64,000 nt of DNA, from the NCBI GenBank assembly GCA_036785375.1, contig JAWMAR010000053.1, forward strand, positions 4,402,001-4,466,000. The letters are read 5' to 3'. The DNA comes from Leucoraja ocellata. Its lineage: Eukaryota. Shown here in pieces: positions 1-13,900 of the stretch (its first letter is position 1; every line of letters starts with the position of its first letter). The position numbers and the translations under genes were made by a program. The notes under the pieces were generated by a model, which was not told where the DNA came from, did no database searches, and saw only the letters and a program-made list of their open reading frames with translations.

Positions 1-1989
1 TAGATGCTGGAAAGGAATCAAAGTCATTAAAAGAATTACCAAAGCCATTCTTGGCATCTGTTACTGAAAGCCACAAGTCAACCCTAAAGGAGTCTATCTT
101 GAAAGTACAAAAAGCTGGATCACAACAAGCTTTATTAATGAAAGATAAACTTGTGAAAACTGCTTTAAATACAGAAGAGAAACAACCACTTCAAAGTGAA
201 TACACCAAAATACTAATTGGATTAGATTGTGCAATCTCAATGACATCAAACACGGAAGAAAAGGAATCTTTGCATTTACAGATTGTCAAGGAACAAGATA
301 CTCTACCCAAAGAATTGTCTTTTACTTTTGAAGTACCCATAGAAGATAAAGCTGATCTGAGAAAGAGTCCAACTTCTCTACATTCATTAGTAGCAGAAGA
401 GCAGCACCTGGTACCTTATGAATACACAACTCAGTTATCTGATGTAAAGAACAGCATAGAAATTAAACCAACAAAAGAACATGTATCCACTTTACATTCT
501 CATCACATAAAAAGTATGTGTATTTTTCATAAAGAAGGTATGCTACCCCAAGTGAAACCAGCTGCTCATATCGCAGCAGGTAAATTTGAGACGGCATACA
601 GCAATGCTGTGGTTGTGGAAGAAACCACAGAATTGTTGGACGAACAATCTAAATCCCTTGAAATGAAAATTGAAAGTTTACATTCTGAAGCCAAAACTCA
701 TCCTCTTCCTCAAAAGTATCTCCCATCTGCGACTCAACCTGTACAAAAAATCAAAGAGACCATTTTTACAATTGAAGAGAAAGAACAGCATGCATTGATA
801 ACTAAGTCTGATGACAGTATCAAACAGTTCAGCACAACAACAGACAGCATGTTAGTGGAAGATGGTTCTGTTGCTATTTTCAAAGGCATTAGTGTAGAAA
901 CCTGTGGGGATAAGTATGAACCAAAATTACCTTCAGCTTCTGTGCAGGTTCAAGAAAAGACTGTGTCTATGAAAAGTACCAATATGCTCGAGGCTGCAGA
1001 AGAAGGTTTTGCAGTAAGAATCCAAGAAGAACAGGCAGTAAGATTTCCACTTCAAGAAAAACAGATTATTGAAAAGGAACATTCATCGGATATTAAAAGA
1101 TCAGAACAAGCAATGCTGAAGTTGAAGAAGCAGCCGGATCAAACACTACAATCCCATGTAATACAAGAAGGAGCACTCCATAAGGAATTGGCATTTAAGA
1201 TTACAATTCCCCAAACCATCACTTTAGGTATAGGTACACAGTTTATGGAAGCATTTAAAACTGCTTTAGCAAGTAAGCATCATGCAATTTCCTCCATTAC
1301 TTTTAGCTCCATAGAAGAAATAAAAATTAAGGAATTAAAAGTTCAAATGGAACCTAAATACACTGTACATACATATCAAATTACCAATGCAAATCCTCCA
1401 ATAGATATAACTCTGAATTGTGACGCAGAATACCTCAAGAAAGCTGACCTACAAAAGGAACTGACAGCAGCTTTTCGTTCCATCTTTCGTGAGCAGCAGC
1501 AGGCTTTCATAGCTGAGCAGCTAGGTGCAATTCCAAAGTCATTTGATAGGTTAGAAACAGTGTGCATTGGTATTACTCCTTCCATGTCTGTGCTTAGAGA
1601 ACCCCCAACAAAGATTCTTAAAATAGAGGAGAAAACGGAGGACAATTTAGCTACTCATGTTTCTAAAATGAAAATGCAGAGTGAAATACTAATAAAGGCC
1701 ACTAAAGACAATCCAATAATTATTAAGGGGTTTACTGATGCCACTGCATATGAAGATAGCCAAGTGATATTTAGCACAGTCATACAGAAAGTTAAAGCTG
1801 TAAATTGGTATATCAATGGAGAGAAAATCTCCTCAAAAAATGAGTTCAAATGTTTTCAAGATTTTGACACATACTCACTTATAATCAACAAAGTACAAAA
1901 AGAGGAACATCAAGGAGAGTATATCTGCGAGGCATTGAATGAAACAGGAAAATCAACAACTTCTGCACACCTCACAGTTGTAATAAGAG
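1..1989 (+). CDS. ttn: Titin N2B exon, 3' part (N2B unique sequence plus I26-like Ig); 5' end probably outside the window
   Basis: Frame open from the window start; E/K/S/T-rich unique sequence with N2B-like motif AVRIQEEQAVRFPLQEKQIIEKEH; ends VNWY..FKCFQDFDTYSLIINKV..EHQGEYICEALNETGKSTTSAHLTVVIR; donor G|GTTGGA at 1989/1990. Confidence 0.9.
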
Positions 1990-4900
1990 GTTGGATTATG
2001 GGGATAAAATCTTTATTATTATGAACTCTAGAATCTAATCCGTTCAACTAACAAAATAGTTAACCATTGTTTTTAGTTAATGCTAATAAAATAATGTAAC
2101 TAAATATTTCCTACCCCGTTCTTCCATTTCCCTTCCTTCCCCATATTTTAATGATAAAATAGTAATTTTGTTACCCATTTAGTATCTATATATGAGACGT
2201 CAAAGCTTGATAAGACCACATCAGTTTATTTCATCAATTAGGAATTGCTACTTTTAACTCTTGATTTCAAAAAATGTAATGTGAAATTGATTCTTATTGA
2301 TGTGATCTTCATAAGCTTTCACTGACAGTAATAAAGAGCTTTTAAAGTTAATTTCATGTTTTAAAAGACTACTGTGAATATTCAATTATGATCCTCTAAT
2401 ATTTTAACATTAACAATTAATTAACATCACCCATCTTTTTAAGTTTTTACTAATGCAATATTGCTTTCATCCCCATATCCACTTTTAAGGAAATGCTAGA
2501 TATTTATCATTGCCATCACTATATCATAACAAGAAGACAACTGAATATTGATATTTTTCCTCCTAATATCACATTTTGTCAACCACTTTGTTCCAGGAAA
2601 AAATCATTTTATATCAATTACTTGCATGCATATATGCACTTCACGACAATACATTTTGAATTTCATTCATTGAAGTATTATCATTTACTGCCTTGAGCAC
2701 AGCCACTGGTCAGCTAACACCTTTTAACCATCATTTCTTCTCCACAGCCACTCCATGGATTGTTAGTTTCTATCACCCTAACGTCCTTCATTTTTGAATT
2801 TCAGGGGGCACCTCTGCACTTTATGCTTAAAGAATTAAGAGTTTGTTATCGCAATGTTGTAACATGTTTTTAAAATTTATATCCGCAGTGCCTCCGGTTT
2901 TCAAAAGGAAGATTGAATCACAGGAGGTGATAGTTGCACACGCCACTCAGTTTGAATGTGAGGTTGATCCTATTCCTGATGTGAGATTCCAATGGTTCCG
3001 AGCCAGAGCTGAACTTCGTGACAGTGAGAAATACAACATTGTGAACAAGAAATATATTTCCATCTTGAAACTTTTGAAACCCCAGTTAATTGACTGTGGA
3101 GAATATACTTGCAGAGCATCAAACCAGATTGGCAGTGTAAGCAGCACAGCTAAATTGATTGTGACTGGTAAGTAGATTAAGCTTTGATTGTTATGTTTCA
3201 TTTCAACATGTAGTTTTCAATTTGATTTGGCTTTAAAAGGCTTGCATAGTTTTAACTATAATTATTTTCATATAACCAAAATGATTGTTTCATAATTTAA
3301 ATAGTCATTTGGAGGTGTGGTTGCTAAATTTGCTGGTGGCACAGAGATGGATAGGATAGGAAATTGTGAAGGAATCTACAGTTGTGTGGAGTTCAAATTA
3401 AACCAGTGAAAGATATCTTCAATTTTTATCACCAGCTTTATATAACAGAAACATTAGTTTTCTTTCCATTATTTCCTGTAATATCATCCAAAGCAGTTTT
3501 GATATCTAGATAAAATTATTCTAAAAAGTAATCTGGATTCATATGGTAAACTTTATAAAAATCCAACAAAGGCATTAGGATATCAGTATTGTCAGTTTTC
3601 TTTCTCTTTTAAACACATTTTAAGCAAATTTACCTGACCTAAATATCTTAAAGTCTAATTCCCTCAGTCAGTTGAAAACCTAATCCAAATGTTCATTTTG
3701 CAGAACTTACCCCACCGAGCTTTATAACCAGACTGGAATCGGTTACAACATTTGTAGGTAAAACGGCAAGACTTGAATGCACAGTGTCTGGATCACCTGT
3801 GATCCATACTGTTTGGCAGAAGAATGGTATTGATGTTACAGATGAAGACAACTATAAAATATTTTCTAAAGGCAACAAACATACTTTGGAATTCAGTAAC
3901 TTAAATGTTCAGAACAAAGGAACCTATTCTTGCAAAGTGACCAATGATTGTGGCACTGATATCTGTTACTCTGATCTAATTGTACTTGATAAACCATCTT
4001 TCACTCGGAGGCTTGAACCTACTCAGACTGTAATTAACACCGGTGCACGTCTTGAATGTCAAGTGAATGATGACACATCAGTAACAATTTCATGGAAAAA
4101 AGACGGATTAGACCTTCACTCAAGCAAATATTATAAAATTACTTTTGAAGACAAAATAGCTGTTATGGAAATCTTGAAAGCTAGACTGAAAGATGAAGGG
4201 AATTATGTGTGTACGGCTTCTAATGAAGCTGGAAGTGATTCCTGCTCGGCACTATTAACAGTTAAAGGTAAGGAGTGTTGCAAATCATTAGCTGTTTTTT
4301 AGCAGAACATGTGGCTGCTAGAAGTAATTTTTTTAAGGTTTCATTATAGAAAAAAATTCTTGCCTCAAAGCTCCTATATTTAGTTCTATCTTCTGATATA
4401 GTGGCAGGTCATTTGGCCCCACGTGTCTATGTAAGCTCTTTGAAAAATGTCATTAATTCACTCCCACATTTATTTATCTGTAACTCATTTTCATATGCCC
4501 ATTAACTCTCTGTGAATCTCCTAGCATTCACTGATAGGTGGAATTATTTATTGTAGCCAAATAACCTAACCTGGGTTTGGGAGGAAACTGGAACATCTGG
4601 AACAAACTCTCACAATCACAGAGATGAAATGCAAATTAAAAACAGACTGTATTGGGTGTCGAGATGGGATCTGGGCCAATGGAGCTGCGAGGCAGCACCA
4701 TTAACTTCTGTGTCACTGTGCCGTCTTTAGATGGCGAAGACTAATTCTGGTTAATACAAGGAGTATGTTTATCATAATTTGTATATTTTTAATATATATA
4801 ATCATAGTTCAGATACAGTGATTTGGTTAACGCATCATGATGAAAAGAGGTTTGCCAAAACTTCATTCTTTTGTAAGCATATCTCAACTTTGTTTTGTTT

Positions 4901-7900
4901 CTTCTGTACGATGATTCCAAAGGAATCCCTGATATTTTCCCCCATAAGACTGAGATCATCAAAGACTTGATAGTATCCTAAGTTTCGCTCAGCACTTTTT
5001 CTTTTCACCTTTCACTGATTTGTTTCTGGTTAAACAACCCTTCAGTTTTGAAATTGTCAATCCTATTTCAGAGCCCTAATTATCCAACCTTTCTCCATGA
5101 CCCATTCAAGCCTCTGAGATAATTCTGAATCTTCAACTTTGTCCCATTAAACATCCCTAATTTTCATTTTTCTCCTTTGTCAGTTATGCCTTCAGCAACA
5201 AGCTCTGGAAATGTCCTTAAATCTCTTTGCCTCTCTTTCATTCTTTCCTTTTTAAAGAGACTTTGTAAAATTCATCTCTATATTATCTGCCTAATGTATG
5301 GTTGTGTCAAATTGTTGATTAATAACTCTTGTGAAAGACCTTGGACATCTTACTATGTTAAAGGCACTTTAGAAATATAGGTTGATGTTTCACCATTTAC
5401 ACAAGCTCTTCATATTTAGGGGTTTTTCAAGTACTCTTTCATTTTGACATATGTTATATCACAGAAATTCATTAAAATATAACCTCATCCTCTACCTTAT
5501 TACATGATTAGGAAATATAAGAAATAGAGCTGGAATCAAATAATTTGGTTTCTTGGAATCTCTCAGTCATTCAGTATTATAACGGCTCATTTACCTCTGT
5601 TTTCCTGCTCTAATGACATATCTAACAATTATTTTATTATCTAAATATTATTAATCTCTGACCTGAATATAGTTATGAATTGAACCTCCGGGACCTTTTT
5701 GAACAGAGAATCCCAAATGCTGCGGGTGAAGACATTTGTTACCATCTCGGATCTCTTTATTTTGGGACTGACCTCTGGTTGTAGATATGCCAACTTGGGG
5801 ACATATCATCTTGAAATCAACCATGTCAAGTCCTGTAAGAAGTTTGAATGCTTCAATAAGATCATTTCTTCTTTTTTTCTAAACTGCAGAGTGCAGGCCT
5901 TGTCTGTTTGATCTCTTCTTGTAGTAATGATTCTACCCCAGGAGTCAATCCTGTGAACAATGTACATTCATTGAATTTCTACTAAATTAGGCAGTTGCGT
6001 TTTTTACATGACTGCAAAATGACCTTGCAGCGAGGATTTTCTTACTCTTATTGATGGTGTTGAACATGTGGATTTTTAGCCTTTATTGTTAGCTTGCTAC
6101 TTTATTTCAATTTTATAACTTAAAACATTACACATAGAACTGGATAATTTGAAATGAGATACAATGAATCAATGAAGGGTTCTGTTGATGACACGATAAC
6201 ATGAAAACAAGGCAAACTGAATCAACCTAGCCAGAATTTTTCCTTAAATTACAAGCAATGAATTTAAGCGTTGTAATTTTTCTTTAAAGATTGTCTTGGT
6301 GATATTAGTTCTTTCTAAATGTTTCTACCTTTGGCATCTCTTAATATTTTTGTTTAAACTTACCTTCAGAACCACCTTCATTCATAAGAAAGCCAGAACT
6401 GTCGCTGCTGTTGAAAAAAGGTGATTCAGCACATTTAAATTGCCAAGTGAAAGGTTCGCCTGAAATTAATGTTACCTGGTACAAAAACAATATGATTCTC
6501 AATTCCTCGGAAAAATACAAGATATCATTCAGTGATTCTGCAGCTGTTCTTGAGATTAATGATATAAATGTGGAAGACAGTGGGGATTATGTTTGTGAAG
6601 CACAAAATGAAGCTGGTACAGATAGCTGCAGCACTATCATTACAGTCAAAGGTTCGTACAATGTTGCTGCTGTTGAAAAATTCATATTGTTTATTTCTTT
6701 AACCTTTTTGAACAGGTAGTTTGAAATTGAATTTTGTGCCTTCCTCTTTAGAACCTCCCTCTTTTATCAAAACATTTGATCCCACTGAAGTGGTAAAAGG
6801 ATTCAATTGTACTCTTGAAAGTGAGCTGACTGGTACAACTCCATTTGAAGTTGTCTGGCACAAAGACAGAAAGCAGATCCGACCTAGTAAGAAGTACAAG
6901 ATGATTTTCCAAAATATGCGTGCTTATCTCCACATTAGCTTTTTTGAGTTCCCAGATGTTGGTGATTATCAATGCACAGTGTCTAATGAAGTAGGAAAGT
7001 GTCTATGTGGTGCAACAGTGAAGATGAAAGGTCAGTAATATTTCTGGAAATTGCAAGAAAGATATCACATTAACCTAAAATTTTTAATAAGATTCAATAG
7101 ATGGATGTATAGCATGTAAGCTGTACCTGCCTTTTAAATTAAAACCACATTATTTGTACCTTCCTTTGAAATTAGAACCCCCATCATTTGTGAAGAAAAT
7201 TGAAAATGCAACAGCAATTTTGGGAACCTCAGCAATGTTTCAATGCAGTACAAAAGGATCACTACCTATCACTTTAACTTGGATGAAAGATAAGGATGTT
7301 ATCACAGAAAGTAATAATGTCAAAATGAGTTTTGAGAACAATATTGGTACTCTTCACATTGGTACTGTTGAAATGAACTGCAGTGGAAAATACAGTTGCC
7401 ATGCAGAAAATGAAGCAGGAAGCCAAAAGTGTTTAGCAACATTAATAGTGAAAGGTCAGTTTGATAATGTATTGGTTTGTCTTATAAAACAACATGCCCT
7501 ACATTGCCAAGCGTTGTTAATGTTAACCATTTTATTTCACCTTAGAGCCAGCAAATATCATAGAGAAAGCGGAACCGATTAGTGTGACTGCTGGAGATCC
7601 AGCAACTTTGGAGTTCGTAATAGCCGGCACACCAGAACTAAAAATTAAATGGTTCAAGAATGGGAAGGAGATAATATCCAGTAGAAAGTGCAAAACAAGT
7701 TTAATAAATACAGTTGCTAGCCTAAGGATTATTTCTGCAGAAAATGAGGACAGTGGTGAATATACTTTTGAAATAAAAAATGATGTGGGGAGTTGCAGTT
7801 GTAAAACTTCCATTACAGTATCGGGTTAGTATATAATTTATAATTACTATTTTTTCAATAATTTTAGCAAATTCTTTAATTAATTCAGATATCATTGACA

Positions 7901-10900
7901 TGTTGCTTTGCCTTGGACAGATCGTATGATTGCCCCAACCTTCACTAAAAAATTAAGGAAAATGACCAGCATATTGGGTGCGACCTTTCACATGGATTGC
8001 AAATTCTCTGGTTCTGTCCCAGTTGGGATTTCTTGGTATAAAGATGACAAAGAGTTATCAGCCAGTGCTAAATACACAATGTCATGTCAAGACAACACCG
8101 CTGTTCTGGCGATTAAACAATTAGAAATTAAGGATGGTGGAACTTACTCGTGTAAAGCTACTAACTCTGCAGGAAGTGATGAATGCAGTGGAGTCTTAAA
8201 TGTGAAAGGTTTGAACACATAACTTAATTCTGACATTTTCTCTTTTGTCAATATGGTTTTTGTCCTTGTGCAAATAAGTTTCATTGTCATTTAAATGACA
8301 TATTCATTAATAAATATGTTGAAATTTGCCTATATTTTGGGCCATTTTTTCTTTTCTGACACCTGTTGCTGTTTGTCTGCCAAGGAAGTTTTTATGTTAT
8401 CTTTTGGTTCCTATTCGATGGTCCATAATTTCAAATGATGCTTGCCGCAGAAAATCTGTAAGCTATTCAACTAGAGCAGTTGTTCCTGCAGAGCGGTATT
8501 CTGCCATTATTCAAGAGAGACACAAAATGCTGGAGTAACTCAGTGGGGCAGGCAACATCTCTGGATAGAACAAATGGGTGACATTTCAGCTTGAGACCTT
8601 TCAGAAGGTGACCCTCCAGAGATGCTGCCTATCCCACTGAGTTACTCCAGCATTTTGTGTCTACAGTGTAAACCAGCATCTGCAGTTCCTGCCTGCCATT
8701 ATTCAATTTCCATTCATCAAATGTTAGGTATAAACACTCTCCCTCATTGTTTTGTCTAATTTCTTGCTGTGATCATAAGGATGCCACAATCACCCACCAG
8801 AGATCAGCTAGCTGACCACACATTAGCAATTGATCATTATATTTACTGGTTTGTGTTAGTTAACTATTTGGCAGATAAATCCATTAATCTATTAGGCAAA
8901 TCTATGGAATATGCCTCACTAGTGATAAAATAATATTCATTTTTTGATCCCAATTAATTGAAGGACCAGTCGACCACTCATCTCTTGCCTGCATATCTTG
9001 TGGCACTTTTTCAAAAAAGGGGGAAATGAAAGGGGGAAAACTTACTTGGTTAATATGTTTGATTACTATGAAGTTTATGTACTATTTTAATTTTTTTTAT
9101 TTTAGAACCACCAAGCTTTATATTAAAACCTGCATCAGTGAAAGTTCTGCCTGCTACAACTGTGAAGTTTAAGACTGTCGTAAATGGAACACCTCCAATG
9201 TCAATGAAATGGTACAAGGGTAACACAGAACTTGTGACTGGTGGCAGCTGTTTCATTATGAAGGATATTTCTACAACCTATCTTGAGTTCTTTTCAGTGA
9301 AACCATCTGATGCGGATGATTACATTTGCGAAATCAGCAATGATGCTGGAACAATTTCCTGTACAACAAATCTTTTTGTTAAAGGTGATTTTTTTAAAAA
9401 TATATGTATTCTGCTTAATATTTATTCAGTATCTTATTACTCCTTGGTAGACACAAAATGCTGGAGTAACTCAGCAGGACAGGCAGCATCTCTGGAGAGA
9501 AGGAATGGGTGACGTTTTGGGTCAAGACCCTTCTTCAGACTGATGTCAAGGGAGTGGGCGGTACAAAGAGATAAAATGTAGTCGGAGATAGTAAGACTGG
9601 TAGGAGAGCTGGGAAGGGGGAGGGGATGGAGAGAGAGGGAAAGCAAGGGCTACTTGAAGTTAGAGAAGTCAATGTTCCAACCGCTGGGGTACCTCAAGCA
9701 CAATATGAGTTGCTTTTCCTCCAATTTGCGCTGGGCCTCACTCTGACAATGGTGGAGGCCCAGGACAGAAAGGTCACTGTGGGAATGGGAGGGGAAGTTA
9801 AAGTGTTGAGTAACCGGGAAACCAGGTAGGTTTAGGCGGGCCAATCAGAGGTGTTCAGCGAAACGATCGCAGAGCCTACGCTTGGTTTCGCCGATACACA
9901 GGAGTCCACACCTGGAACAGAGGATACAGTAAATGAGGTTGGAGGAGGTGCAAGTGTAACTCTGCCTCACCTGGAAAGACTGTCAGTGTCCTTGGACAGA
10001 GTTCCGGGGGAGGTATAGGGACAGGTGTAGTATCTCCTGCGGTTGCAGGGGAAAGTACCTGGAGAAGGGGTGTTTTGGGTGGAAAGAGACGAGTTGACCG
10101 GGGAGTTGCGGAGGGAACGGTCTCTGCTGAAAGTGGAAAGGGGTGGAGATGGGAAGATGTGGTTAGTAATCGGATCCCATTGGATGTGACGAAAATGTCG
10201 GAGGATTATGTGCTGTATGCGAGGCCTGATGGGGTGGAAGGTGAGGACAAGGGGGACTCTGTCTTTGTTACGAATGGGGGGAGGAAGAGCAAGGGCGGAG
10301 CTGCGGGATATCGAGGAGATCCTAGTGAGAGCCTCATCTATAATGGTAGAGTGGAACCCCTGTTACCTAAAGAATGAGGACATCTCTGATGACCTGCTAT
10401 GGAACACCTCATCCTGGGCGCAGATGCGGCGTAGACGGAGGAATTGAGAGTAGGAATAGTCTTTACATGAAGCAGGATGGTAAGAAGTTTAGTCTAAATA
10501 GCTGTGGGAGTCAGTGAGTTTGTAATAGATGTCAGTTGATAGTCTGTCTCCTGTGATGGAGACGGTGAGATCTAGAAATGGTAGAGAAATGTCGGAGATG
10601 GTCCAAGCGAATTTGAGTGCAGAATGAAAACTAGTCGTTAAGATTATGAAGTCAGTAAGTTCTGCATGGGTGCAGGACGTAGCACCGATGCAGTCATCAA
10701 TGTAGCGCAGGTAGAGTTCTGGGATAGGGCCAGTGTACGCCTGCAACAGTGATTGTTCGACGTACCCTGCAAAGAGGCAGGCACAGCTAGGGCCCATGCG
10801 AGTGCCCACAGCTACGCCTTGCATTTGAAGGAAGTGGGAGGAGTCGAAGGAGAAGTTGTTAAGGGTAAGGACCAGCTCTGCTAGGCGGACGAGAGTGTTA

Positions 10901-13900
10901 GTACCTGTAGATGGAAATTAGCTGGTTCTGCGGTCGAGGAAGAAATGGTGGGCTTTAAGACCTTTCTGGTGCGGCATGGAGGTGGAGAGTGACTGAGCAT
11001 CTTATTACTCTTTGTTCTTTGTATTAAAATATCCCAAATATTCTGGGGTATGCTCTTAGTAAGAAGAATTGAAGTTATAATCACTTTGAAGTGATATGTT
11101 TTGTGATTATGCATATGAACATATGCTTTTTGTCTTATCTTCGTTACTTCTTATGAAAATCTTCTAAATGTATTCTTCATGGCATCTTGATTTTTATAGA
11201 ACCACCATCATTTTCACGGAAGCTAGAGCCATCAAAATTATTGAAAAGTGGTGACTCGGCTCGGTTTGAATGTGAAGTAACTGGCACACCTGAAATTAAA
11301 GTGACATGGTATATGAAAGACAAGCAGATTCATCCCAGTGACAAATACCGAATGTCATTTGTTAACTGTGTGTCAGTTCTTGAAATTCTTGATGGTGTTG
11401 TGGAAGACAGTGGTGAATACACCTGTGAAGCTAAGAATGAAGTTGGTAGTGAGAGTTGCAGTGTTACTGTAACTGTTAAAGGTCTGTGAAAATATCACAT
11501 AATTTTGTACTCTGTTTACATTCACAAGATATTTGTGGAGCTTATATATTTGGGTCTAGAGGTCAAATGACATTTTTAGATTGAATTTATTATTTGTTCT
11601 TTTGCAGAACCACCATCATTCATTAAAGGACTTGAATCTCTTGAGGTGATTAAAGCCTCTGATATTATTCTTGAATGTGAGGTGGCTGGTACAGCCCCCT
11701 TTGAAATTTCTTGGTATAAAGACATGAAACAAATTAGGCCCAGCAAAAAGTACAAGACAATCTGTCAAAACTCTTTAGTTAGTTTGCATATTCTTAAATT
11801 TGATACCGTGGACGTTGGTGAATATCAATGCAAGGTATCAAATGAAGTTGGAGGTTGTTCATGCAGTTCTACAATGACTCTGAAAGGTTAGTGAAGCAAG
11901 AGTTCATTTTCCATTATATTACAATAAAACTAATTTTGTTTTTCCTATTTAAAAATTGACTTTGCACTGACTATTTAGAGAGTCTTATATTTTAAATGCT
12001 TCGTTTTAAAAACAGAACCGCCATCGTTTTTCAAGAAGATTGACAATATTACAGTACTTTTGGGAATGCCTGCTATGTTTCAAAGTACTGTGAAAGGTTC
12101 AAGCCCAATTTCCATTTCCTGGCAAAAAGATAAAGATGATATTACTGAAGATACTAATACTAAAATATCTTTTGAAAAAGATATAGCAACACTGCAGATT
12201 ACTACGGTAGAAAAACATCATGATGGAAAGTTTGTTTGTCAGGCAAAGAATGATGCTGGAATCACAAAGTGTTTTGCAAATTTAACTGTGAAAGGTTAGT
12301 TTAAAGAATGCTATCCTCAGTGTTAATAATTCAGCTATTTCTAAAAATTAACAGCTTGCAGTGTTCTGAGTTATTTTAATTTTTGGAATGATGTTGTAAG
12401 ACATTGAAAACAAATAATATAATTTTTAGAATGGTTAAACTATAAAGAAAGTCTTTGAAAAAGTAAATTTAGGGCTAGAGTGCTGAATGCATAAAACTTT
12501 GGGGATTTGAGGCAAGAAACATAGAAACATAGAAATTAGGTGCAGGAGTAGGCCATTCGGCCCTTCGAGCCTGCACCGCCATTCAATATGATCATGGCTG
12601 ATCATCCAACTCAGTATCCCGTACCTGCCTTCTCTCCATACCCCCTGATCCCCTTAGCCACAAGGGCCACATCTAACTCCCTCTTAAATATAGCCAATGA
12701 GCTGGCCTCAACTACCCTCTGTGGCAGAGAGTTCCAGAGATTCACCACTCTCTGTGTGAAAAAAGTTCTTCTCATCTCAGTTTTAAAGGATTTCCCCCTT
12801 ATCCTTAAGCTGTGACCCCTTGTCCTGGACTTCCCCAACATCGGGAACAATCTTCCTGCATCTAGCCTGTCCAACCCCTTAAGAATTTTGTAAGTTTCTA
12901 TAAGATCCCCTCTCAATCTCCTAAATTCTAGAGAGTATAAACCAAGTCTATCCAGTCTTTCTTCATAAGGCAGTCCTGACATCCCAGGAATCAGTCTGGT
13001 GAACCTTCTCTGCACTCCCTCTATGGCAATAATGTCCTTCCTCAGATTTGGAGACCAAAACTGTACGCAATACTCCAGGTGTGGTCTCACCAAGACCTTG
13101 TACAACTGCAGTAGAACCTCCCTGCTCCTATACTCAAATCCTTTTGCAATGAAAGCTAACATACCATTCGCTTTCTTTACTGCCTGCTGCACCTGCATGC
13201 CTACCTTCAATGACTGGTGTACCATGACACCCAGGTCTCGCTGCATCTCCCCGTTCCCCAACCTGCCACCATTTAGATGATAGTCTGCTTTCCCGTTTTT
13301 GCCACCAAAATGGATAACCTCACATTTATCCACATTATACTGCATCTGCCAAACATTTGCCCACTCACCCAGCCTATCCAAGTCACCTTGCAGTCTCCTA
13401 GCATCCTCCTCACAGCTAACACTGCCCCCCAGCTTAGTGTCATCCGCAAACTTGGAGATATTGCCTTCAATTCCCTCATCCAGATCGTTAAAATATATTG
13501 TAAATAGCTGGGGTCCCAGCACTGAGCCTTGTGGTACCCCACTAGTCATTGCCTGCCATTGTGAAAAGGACCCGTTTACTCCTACTCTTTGCAAAAGGAA
13601 AATATATGCTATTAGTTGTTGAAGTCATACATTGCTGGATGATTTGCACTAGGGTTTCATGTTGCAAGGGCATTTGAAATTATTTGATTTATGGTAGTGA
13701 CATGAAGTTTAACCTTGGGTCAGAAAGGGATTATTCAATTAAAACTATTAACTTACTTGCAAGCAGTAAATTACTCAGAGATTTCAAAATGGTAGTTTTA
13801 TTTCCTTCAAAAACTCCATTAATCTAATCTTTCTTTCAATCTATTTTTTAAATTATTTAATGTGTCCTTCCTTCATTCTGTTTCTTTCAATGTTGTTCCC

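Noticed and set aside
12611-13594. 327-aa intact reverse-transcriptase ORF as a possible domesticated or active gene
   Set aside because: 5'-truncated CR1 ORF2 lacking the endonuclease, the RT N-terminus and a promoter; intactness reflects recent insertion
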